A stretch of DNA of 64,000 nt from a virus (taxonomy: Duplodnaviria; Caudoviricetes), in IMG/VR virus record IMGVR_UViG_3300020577_003313; one strand, written 5' to 3'. The notes below the pieces were generated by a model. The model was not told where the DNA came from. It searched no databases and worked only from the letters and a program-made list of their open reading frames with translations. The position numbers and the translations under genes were made by a program. Positions 53,457 through 61,372 of this stretch are shown piece by piece; position 1 is the stretch's first letter, and each line of letters begins with the position of its first letter.

Positions 53457-55115
53457 TTACTCAGAATCGTTGTCTTGTGAATTGGAAGCCTGGATAGATG
53501 TCTTGATGAGATCCACCCAGCTAACTCCCTTTGGCCTAGACACGAACGCCGACATGACATTGAAGATTACATTGCTGAAACCTCCAATATTCATCACATC
53601 ATCCGATGTCGAAGCCTGTGACATTGTGTTTGGGCTCAAGTCAATGAGGACAAGCTTCTTGTCCCCAGACTTGTTATAAGCTCTCCACAATTCTTGTGTC
53701 TTCGTTTGAGCAGCTCTAAGACCTGCGGATACAGTTGCACTGTACCGACTGTAGTAGTCAGCCCAAGATTCGTTATCACTGATAACAATGACGATGTCAT
53801 AGTTATCGTTCTTGATGTGCTCTAGACAGCACGAAACGCTCGTGCCACCTGATTGAGACTTGCTTTCAACGAACGCAGTGATTTCACCAAGTCTCTTGGT
53901 GCTATCAATCGCGCTGTTCCTACTAGCACTATCGAACTTGATGTTAGTATCAAAAATATGAAGATCAGCGTTACCACTGTTCTTCTTATAGATACCAGCA
54001 CCAATCAAGCAAGCTGCCTGTAGGCAGCTCATAGAGCTAGTAGCACCTTCTCTATTTCCAGTTACAGAAGTGCCCATAGAGCCACTACCGTCGATGAAGA
54101 TTGCAATCTTACCCTTCATCTCTGGAATGTTCTTGACCGTAAGGTCAAGCGCATCCTCAAGAGCGTTCTGAATTGCCTTCTCCTGGACAGTGTTGTGCTT
54201 GATCGCAGTGTAGATTTGGTATGGGAACACGCGCGAACGTGCTACCATAGTCTCATCTTTGAGACGATCTGCAATTACCTTGACCATCTTCTTGTCCTTA
54301 AGGACATTATGACGATCAAATGTATTGAGATTCATTCTCGTGAAATGCCAATTACCATTGGCAGCAAGCTGCAACCAATGATTATCGGTCAGTTCTTGAC
54401 CAGTGATTAGCTGGAAATCAACAACTGGGATCGTGCGCGTCTTGTCCTTCTTCCACTCTTCAAATTCCTTGAAGATGCTAGGAAGATCGTCGTAGCGGTA
54501 AGTCTTCTTTGAATCAGTATTCCCCGCCGGGTATCCCATGATCCACTTGAACGCAGCCTGACGGGCTGCATCCTTGGGCTTTGGATGAGCAAGTCTGATG
54601 ATATCCTTCAACGAAGGATCATTACCAACAGTTGCGTTAAGCAACTGCTGATCCGTCATCCTATTGAGATGAGCAGCAACAGAGTTGGAAATGGTAGAGC
54701 CGAGGCTCTTTCTACCAACCTTACCAGATCGAACCATCTGGATAAGATTACGAATCATCTTCGCATTATTGATAACGCGAGGATAAAATTGACGGAACAG
54801 AGACGGATCTCTCACAGAGAGAATTGCCATAAGCAAAGCTGGCATATCCTTCATGAAGCCAAAGCTTCTCGAATAGACAGCCATATTTGCCAAGGTTACA
54901 TCAGTGCATCCCAAGGACAGCTCAATTACCTTATCCAGCTGCTCTTCAGCAGTCGAATAGAAAGTATTGTTAAAGCAGCCAGTTACAGCTAGCTGAGCCA
55001 GAGCCTCTTCCTTGCCCTTATCATAGCTAAGGCCGCCGCTCTTGTTGACGACAACTACAGCGCGCGTCGCCTTCTTAGCCTTCTTCTTGCTACCAAATAA
55101 ATTCTTGTTAGACAT
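53457..55115 (-). CDS. rsr: Ro60/Rsr TROVE + vWA RNA-binding protein
   Basis: LAQLAVTGCFNNTFY, MKDMPALL, RSGKVGRKSLG, DIIRLAHPKP, RMNLNTF, VFPYQ, DGSGSM, ISDNESW; start at MSNKNLF. Confidence 0.92.
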   Translation of the reverse strand: MSNKNLFGSKKKAKKATRAVVVVNKSGGLSYDKGKEEALAQLAVTGCFNNTFYSTAEEQLDKVIELSLGCTDVTLANMAVYSRSFGFMKDMPALLMAILSVRDPSLFRQFYPRVINNAKMIRNLIQMVRSGKVGRKSLGSTISNSVAAHLNRMTDQQLLNATVGNDPSLKDIIRLAHPKPKDAARQAAFKWIMGYPAGNTDSKKTYRYDDLPSIFKEFEEWKKDKTRTIPVVDFQLITGQELTDNHWLQLAANGNWHFTRMNLNTFDRHNVLKDKKMVKVIADRLKDETMVARSRVFPYQIYTAIKHNTVQEKAIQNALEDALDLTVKNIPEMKGKIAIFIDGSGSMGTSVTGNREGATSSMSCLQAACLIGAGIYKKNSGNADLHIFDTNIKFDSASRNSAIDSTKRLGEITAFVESKSQSGGTSVSCCLEHIKNDNYDIVIVISDNESWADYYSRYSATVSAGLRAAQTKTQELWRAYNKSGDKKLVLIDLSPNTMSQASTSDDVMNIGGFSNVIFNVMSAFVSRPKGVSWVDLIKTSIQASNSQDNDSE

Positions 55116-55165
55116 CTCAATGTCCTTGAGTAAATTGTTAGGAACTATACGAACCAGCCCGTCAA

Positions 55166-55507
55166 TCAGACGGGCGGAGTATCTTTGTAGATCGTCTTGT
55201 TGGCACGCTCGATCCACTCTTGAGCCTCACGCAAGGCCGCGATGAGCACCAGCACATTGTTTTCGTTGGCCGATGCCGACCGACCCCAGGTGCCATCCTT
55301 CTTCATGAAGGCTCGCTCGAAGGTGACGGAGAAGAAATTCTTCCCGTCCTTCGTGGGATTGGTCCAGATCGCCACACGGAATGGTGACATACGAACCACG
55401 TGCGTGGGCTTCGTGCTCCGTTCCATAGGAACGGGGATCTGATTGACCTGAACTTGGGTTTGGGTCTTGGGAGCAGAACGACGAGACTTATTGAGAGAAA
55501 CAGTCAT
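55166..55507 (-). CDS. Small PC4-like putative ssDNA-binding protein
   Basis: VAIWTN..KDG...SVTFERAF..KDG.W. Confidence 0.45.
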   Translation of the reverse strand: MTVSLNKSRRSAPKTQTQVQVNQIPVPMERSTKPTHVVRMSPFRVAIWTNPTKDGKNFFSVTFERAFMKKDGTWGRSASANENNVLVLIAALREAQEWIERANKTIYKDTPPV

Positions 55508-55975
55508 TTTTGTTACAGAGTTGTGAAAAAATTGATGATCAGAGATGTGTTACTTAGGTTCGCTATCAGTTGTGTTTGTTTGAGATTCTTCTTGTTTGTC
55601 TCCAAGATAGCTTGAAAGAACAAATTTATGCCACTCAGGATTTTCCTTCTCACACTCTCTAATTGAGATCAAGAGCGGCATTACTTTATTCATATTGAGT
55701 AGAGATAGTAGTTCAAAAATTGCAATACCTCCAATCTCAACGAAAGGAGACAAATGAACACCAATCTCGTAAGCTGGCAAGAGCAAAATTGCCCAAGCAA
55801 TTAGCTCGATCATGATCATTGTAAACCATGACGCGCCTGTAGTTTTCTTGAAATAGCTATAGCCATACCAGTAGTCAGTTTTCCATTCTATGGTTCTGAT
55901 ACCATAGTGAAAAACAATGTATACGGCAAAGAGAAGAGTCGCGATTTGTCTCGGATTTTCCATGTGTATAGTTGG

Positions 55976-56385
55976 CGGAAGTAATAGTATACTATGTTCC
56001 TAATCTTTTATACTTGTCTTTTCTTATTTGTCTGTATTTTTCTCTATTTCTGTCACGCCACTGTTTTTGATAGTCTTTAGGCGTAAGCTTACTTTTTTGC
56101 TTATTGGTTTTAGCAGAACAATTACATGATAAGTGGCTGAAAGATATGTTAGTTATATCAAAGAATTTTTCTACAGGATTTTGGCTATTTAGCCAAGGTA
56201 TCTTATGTTCTATAGAAAAATCTTTCCTTGTAAGAGGAAGTGAACAACGAAAACATATATTTTTGCCAATTTCAAGTAACAAACTAAAAAGTATATCTTT
56301 CATTAGTCTGTAACTTGCTGTACCTGGATTCATTCCAAGTTGTATTTCTTTTTTAGATTTCACAAAAAGGATACGGAAGTAATAG
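55976..56385 (-). repeat. 12-bp direct repeat CGGAAGTAATAG (55976-55987 and 56374-56385) flanking an HNH gene
   Basis: Repeat equals the 3' end of tRNA-Ser(GCU); only the distal copy is followed by CCA. Confidence 0.85.
55992..56363 (-). CDS. HNH endonuclease at the tRNA-Ser 3' end
   Basis: CFRC, SIEHKIPW, NISFSHLSCN. Confidence 0.8.
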   Translation of the reverse strand: MKSKKEIQLGMNPGTASYRLMKDILFSLLLEIGKNICFRCSLPLTRKDFSIEHKIPWLNSQNPVEKFFDITNISFSHLSCNCSAKTNKQKSKLTPKDYQKQWRDRNREKYRQIRKDKYKRLGT

Positions 56386-56460
56386 GATTCGAACCTATGG
56401 ACTTTTTACAGTCTCATCTTTAGCAAAGATGCGCCTTAAACCAAACTCAGCCATACTTCC
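56374..56460 (-). tRNA. tRNA-Ser(GCU), CCA not encoded
   Basis: TT-GCT-AA, long variable arm, G73. Confidence 0.88.
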
Positions 56461-56465
56461 GTATG

Positions 56466-56554
56466 TGGCGGTGATGGTGGGGTACGATCCCACAGAGCTT
56501 TTTACACTCGCATCCTTTCCAAGGATGTTCCTAAATCCATTTCGGCTCATCACC
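56466..56554 (-). tRNA. tRNA-Ser(GGA)
   Basis: TT-GGA-AA, long variable arm, T-loop ATCGTAC, GCCA. Confidence 0.8.
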
Positions 56555-56901
56555 AAAAGGTGGTAGAGCTATTTCCAGATTTCTTTTCTAAGAAGTTCAC
56601 TCATGTATTTGATAGCTTTGGCTTGAAGGATTTGCCATTTCTTAAGCTCGCTGTCAGTAGCTGGTCTCAAGCAATGTACAAATTGACTAGATTGCCCTCT
56701 TTCTATGTGAGTAGCATGACCATGCCAATTACCATTTTCAATGGTAAATGAATGGTAGTATCCTTCGTATGGTCTGTCAATCTTTCTTTTTCCGTCACCG
56801 GTTGAATAAGTAGATCCTACGGTTGTCTTTCTAGGTAGATCTTGTGGAGCAACATCCGGTTCGATATGCCAGTAGTCCATGATTATTTGTACTAATCTGA
56901 A

Positions 56902-56945
56902 TGGTACCCTTACCAAGACTTGAACTTGGAACCTACGGTTTAGAA
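56902..56945 (-). pseudogene. 3' half of a resident tRNA-Arg(UCU)
   Basis: T-TCT-AA-ACCGT-AGGTT-CCAAG-TTCAAGT-CTTGG-TAAGGGT-ACCA. Confidence 0.85.
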
Positions 56946-56977
56946 TCTTGAATTCTAATTTGTAACACGTAAATTAG

Positions 56978-57065
56978 TGGTACAGCTGGTAGGATTCGAA
57001 CCTACAATTTGGTTGCCCAACCAGATTAGAAATCTGGGCCGTTATCCATTTCCGGTCACAGCTGC
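56978..57065 (-). tRNA. tRNA-Arg(UCU) with long variable arm (88 nt)
   Basis: CCAGA-TT TCT AA-TCTGG, variable arm TTGG-GCAA-CCAA, A after the D-loop GG, ACCA. Confidence 0.85.
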
Positions 57066-57073
57066 ATGAAATT

Positions 57074-57421
57074 ATGAATACGTGTACAAAATGTAAATGT
57101 TCAGGACCCTTCTACAAGAAGGGTAACAGGAATACTTCTTATTGCAAAAATTGTTTCAATTCTTATTGTATGGAAAGATGGAAAGAAAAGAAACAAAAAG
57201 CAATAGTATACAAAGGTGATTGCTGTTTTGATTGTAAACAGCAATATCATTACTCAATATATGAATTTCATCACTTAGATCCAAAAAGTAAAGACTACAA
57301 TTGGTCTAAATTGAGAATGAAGTCTTGGGCTTCCATAGTCAAAGAACTAGACAAGTGCGTAATGTTGTGCGCTAATTGTCATAGATCTAGACACTGGGAC
57401 AAAGATAACTCATCCAGTTGA
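57074..57421 (+). CDS. HNH endonuclease (tRNA-Arg cassette)
   Basis: YKGDCCFDC, YEFHHLDP, ELDKCVMLCANCHRSRH. Confidence 0.88.
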   Translation: MNTCTKCKCSGPFYKKGNRNTSYCKNCFNSYCMERWKEKKQKAIVYKGDCCFDCKQQYHYSIYEFHHLDPKSKDYNWSKLRMKSWASIVKELDKCVMLCANCHRSRHWDKDNSSS

Positions 57422-57432
57422 GCTATAAGGGC
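57409..57432 (-). pseudogene. 5' fragment of the resident tRNA-Arg(UCU)
   Basis: GCCCTTA-TA-GCTC-AACTGGAT-GAG; GCCCTTA pairs 7/7 (one G-U) with TAAGGGT of the 56902 half. Confidence 0.85.
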
Positions 57433-57748
57433 TTATGTATAGACTACATACGCGCTTAGTCTACATGATATCTAGCACAATGCAATTCATCTTTTACATG
57501 ATCCCAGATACACAGCCAAAACTCAGCAGCCTGAGCCTTAGTGAGTTCTGAAGCTATTTCATTAGCCAAGAACATAGCAAAAGCAGAACGGCAAGCACAA
57601 AGGAACAGAAGTACAGAACCTGGATTCTCTAGATACTTATCTTTTAGCTCCGTAGCCAAAAGGCGCAAGCTATTTGCAGACAAGATAACCTCGTCTGTGC
57701 TTTCTCTAGTTGGCAATGGTGGTAAGGATGCCATTTTTTTTAGGAAAT

Positions 57749-57795
57749 TGGTAGACCGGGTGGGAGTTGAACCCACACGAATAATCCGCTTAAAA
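57749..57795 (-). pseudogene. 3' half of a resident tRNA-Lys(UUU)
   Basis: T-TTT-AA-GCGGA...GTGGG-TTCAACT-CCCAC-CCGGTCT-ACCA. Confidence 0.8.
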
Positions 57796-57828
57796 ATTGT
57801 AAATTTTAAGATGATCAGGTCGCAAAAA

Positions 57829-57917
57829 TGGTGGGACCGGTGAGATTCGAACTCACGGTGGACTTTCGTCGCCCGCTTAAAAGGCGGATACCATCGACCA
57901 ACTCGGTACACGGTCCC
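57829..57917 (-). tRNA. tRNA-Lys(UUU) with long variable arm (89 nt)
   Basis: GGGACCG/CGGTCCC, CT-TTT-AA, variable arm GAC-GAAA-GTC, ACCA. Confidence 0.85.
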
Positions 57918-57924
57918 ATACAAT

Positions 57925-58455
57925 ATGGACATCCAAGATCAACTTAAGAAATTATACATTGATAACAGATTATCAATACTAGATTGTTCAGAAAAATTAG
58001 GTATTTCTGCAACAAAAGTTAAATACTATCTTAGTAGATTTCAAATCAAACGAAATCAATATACTAAAATAGACGGTACGTCTGAAGATAGAATTTGTAC
58101 AAAATGTAAGACGTTAAAAAACGTTTCAGAGTTCTATTTCCAGTCTTACAAAACTTCGGATAGAAAATCTAGACAAGGTTCTTGGTGTAAATCTTGCATG
58201 TCTAAACAAGTTATTGAAAGACAACGCAAGTATAAACAGCAAGCAGTTGACTACAAAGGCGGAAAATGCCAGAATTGTGGCTATAGCAAATATCTAGGAG
58301 CACTAGAATTTCATCACTTAGATCCTACTCAAAAGGATTTCGAGATGTCTAAATTTACTAAATCTCCCTTAGGAGATTTTGCTAAGGAAGAACTAAATAA
58401 GTGCATATTGCTTTGTGCTAATTGCCATAGAGAAGCACACGAAACAAAAGTGTAA
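57925..58455 (+). CDS. HNH endonuclease (tRNA-Lys cassette)
   Basis: N-terminal HTH-like + CxxC; YKGGKCQNCG, LEFHHLDP, KCILLCANCHREAH. Confidence 0.88.
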   Translation: MDIQDQLKKLYIDNRLSILDCSEKLGISATKVKYYLSRFQIKRNQYTKIDGTSEDRICTKCKTLKNVSEFYFQSYKTSDRKSRQGSWCKSCMSKQVIERQRKYKQQAVDYKGGKCQNCGYSKYLGALEFHHLDPTQKDFEMSKFTKSPLGDFAKEELNKCILLCANCHREAHETKV

Positions 58456-58828
58456 GCTTTGCTCTACTTGGAATAAAGCATTTCGATCAATCTTCCAAGA
58501 GGCGCGGCGCCTTCTGCAAGATTTGCGAAACCCTTTGGCATTGATTCACCAACAACAACAAAAAGTACAACAGCAAGACTAATCTTGCTTACAGCTTTAG
58601 CAAAGCCAAAGTCTGTCAGATAGCCTCTTGCATCTTTTTCCAAATTCTTATCCGCTCCAGCAAACAGAGCGATCATAAGAATTATACACAAAAATGCCAA
58701 TGAAGTATGGCATATACCAATACTGGTACAGTATGTACCGCGTTGCTGGATTAGCTCTTGCCATGCGGGATTGACGCCCTCTTTCATGGCTTTGAGAATT
58801 TCCAGCATTTGCTTTTGTAGTTCTTCGT

Positions 58829-59591
58829 TCATTCTGAAATCTCTAGGTAGCCGAGGATCTCAACACAGGTATCAAAAATAATTTGACTAACTGACTGTAC
58901 AGTCAATTTATCCTCTTCAAGAAGAGATTTCAAAACAAGGTCCTGGGCTTGGTTGCAGGAGTTCTTTACAGCAAGCCAAGTTACCTTACTGTTACAGGCA
59001 GTAACATATCTGAAGATAGTGCCTATCTTTAGAGATCTCCTTTTAGGGAGATCATTATTTGGCTTTACAATGGTGATATTCATTGCGTGATCTCCAGTGT
59101 TCCGATGATTTCGACCAAAAGGTTAGAAGTGCCGCCCCCAGGGAGTACCGTGCATAAGTCTAGCATTCTGTGGTTCAGGCTGATATCGGCGGACGGGCCA
59201 GCGCACATCTTCCCTACCACGTAGGCTTGATTCTCCCCCATATAGCGGAAGATTGTGCCACATGGCAGATCCTTTCGATAGATCTTTGGAAGCTGGGGAG
59301 GGACAATCTTGATATTCATTGTGTGACCTCCATTTCCCCTAAGATTTCAACAGCTTCATTGTTGAAGGTTTCGTAGGTTATCCAGTTTTGGACATTGACG
59401 TCTTTCATTAAAACCTCATTGATTGCAATGAATACCATTCGATCTTTGCATCGGGATCCGGCAGGAGTATTTTCCGCCCCTGTAATATATCGGAAGACAG
59501 TTCCAGGCTTCAAAGAAGCCCGATAAATCTGTGGAGGAGGAGAAGACTTCATCTTGATATTCATTGCGTGTATCTCCAGGCATCCAAGCAT
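58829..59591 (-). repeat. Three tandem paralogous ~80-aa genes plus the tail of a fourth
   Basis: MNI...R..L..GT(I/V)FRY...VEI(L/I)G.LE; junction sequence TTCATTG(C/T)GTG recurs near 59079, 59315 and 59560. Confidence 0.7.
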
Positions 59592-60163
59592 TCCCCTCTC
59601 AATCTGAAAGGACCGTAGAAATCTGATTCAGATTCGTCGTAGAAATACCAGTTATTGCAGTAAGCAATATTCTTCTTTTCTCTATTAGAATCCCACTTAC
59701 GATCTCTATCATCGGTTCCTGACACAGAACCAATGAAGATTTTGCTATTTTTGGTATCTCTTGTAACTTTCATATTACTTGAACTTGCCTTGAATATCCT
59801 TCCAGTCAGCCTCATTGGCCTTAGCTACAAGACTATTAAGGCAGTGAATTGTATGTTCGATCTCATCTTGAAAAGATGGATGAAGCTTATTGAGAATCAT
59901 TGCGCCAGGAATCAAAACTCTGATTCTGTGGATTGCAGATCTCAGTTCAGATTCAGTAGGCTGATTACTCATCGTGATGAAGATTTAGGCCGTAAAACCT
60001 AACGCGAGCAGAACAATTACACTGAGTTCCGTCACCAGTAAGGTAAATACATCCTTTATCGTGCTTGAGCAGAACTTCTTGACCAAAGCACGGGTCATGG
60101 TCTGTGCAGGAATCTGCATACGTTGTTTCCTTGGTACACGGAGGATGAATTCCGTCTCTGAAT

Positions 60164-60538
60164 TCACAGATTGCCATTTGCGTTTATGTGCATGTAGACA
60201 ATTAGGCGCGCCAGTGCTTGAGGCAAAGTATCTCCATAGATCTCCTGGAATTCTAGACCAGAATAGTCTGGTCGAACAAGACAGCCCATCGAACTAACCG
60301 AAATTTGAAGCGAACTAAATTGCTCAATATATTTGAGCATCATTGGGACTGTCTTTGCATCGCAGTTAAACCTTGGCAGGGTTCTCTTTGGTGCAGGCCC
60401 AGGATGTTCTAATGGCTTATTGTCGTGCCATTTCTTTGATTGACCAATTCTACTCCAACCCATAGCAAGAGCAGTATTGGTGTCTAGCTCATCGCCAAAC
60501 ATCCTTTCAACCAAATCTTTGCTACTGTTTCTTGCCAT
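60164..60538 (-). CDS. Possible phage ABA-sandwich-domain protein
   Basis: LD...A..MGW, LPRF..D, GDTLPQALAR. Confidence 0.4.
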   Translation of the reverse strand: MARNSSKDLVERMFGDELDTNTALAMGWSRIGQSKKWHDNKPLEHPGPAPKRTLPRFNCDAKTVPMMLKYIEQFSSLQISVSSMGCLVRPDYSGLEFQEIYGDTLPQALARLIVYMHINANGNL

Positions 60539-60747
60539 GGTATTGGTTAGTTAGAACAGGATTCTTGTGCAGGCAACAATTCCTACACAGATCCCAAACA
60601 TTGTCGTTGCTATGACAACAGAAACTGTTGTAACAAGTAACGGCTCCCAGATTTTCGTGTCTGTGTAGGTATTGAAAATCAGTCCCACAAACAACCAGAA
60701 TAGACACCAAAAAGCCACTAAGCCTACTATGGCTATGATTTTCATGA

Positions 60748-61068
60748 TCATGTAGACTTCATTCCTACACGATTGTAGATGGATTGAATTGCTTGTTCCA
60801 TACGAGCGCGCCCTGCTGGATTGTCCGAATGGACAATCAACTCAGGCGCCCCTTCGTGCCAGATGTAGCTCTTGTGAACTTGTTCTTCCAGTCTACAGAT
60901 TACATCGTAGCCATTGAAACTAACATCATCCCCAAAATCGTGATCGAAAGAAATCAGATCAGCGTGCTTGGCGAGATGGTAGAACATGCCCATATCAGTC
61001 TTTGGACGAAAAAGCAGGAAATCGCTCTCTGGAATAGAGCGAACATCATCCAAGAACAACTTGAGCAT
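60748..61068 (-). CDS. Cyclic-phosphate-processing receiver-like domain protein
   Basis: LFLDDVR, ISFDHDFG, NGYD, VHSDNPAGR. Confidence 0.75.
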   Translation of the reverse strand: MLKLFLDDVRSIPESDFLLFRPKTDMGMFYHLAKHADLISFDHDFGDDVSFNGYDVICRLEEQVHKSYIWHEGAPELIVHSDNPAGRARMEQAIQSIYNRVGMKST

Positions 61069-61372
61069 GGTATTACCTATTCTTTTTCTTTGTTTTTTCT
61101 TTTTCTTCTTCGAAGAAATCAGGGATTTTTGGAGCAGCACAATGAGGGATGATCCAGTTCCAAGCCTGAAGCTTGGATCCAAACTTCTTCAACAGGCTGT
61201 AGTCATTGATGCCGTAGGCAATTCTTTTCCTCTCGTTACAAATCCTACAAGAAAGAACTGCGGATGCACTGTAGTAACAGCATCCACTCGCATCACCATA
61301 TGTTTTGGTGATATCGTATGAGAGTATCTCGTACTTATGCCAGAATGGCAGAAAACCAAAACAATTCATGGT

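Noticed and set aside
57456-57932. 158-aa ORF as given in the track
   Set aside because: Its N-terminal part runs through two tRNA sequences; the real gene probably starts at ATG 57734. Likewise 56569-56916 probably starts at 56880.
58460-58467. 5' remnant of the resident tRNA-Lys
   Set aside because: Only 8 nt (GTAGAGCA on the minus strand), overlapping another gene's stop codon and with no acceptor strand; too weak to annotate.
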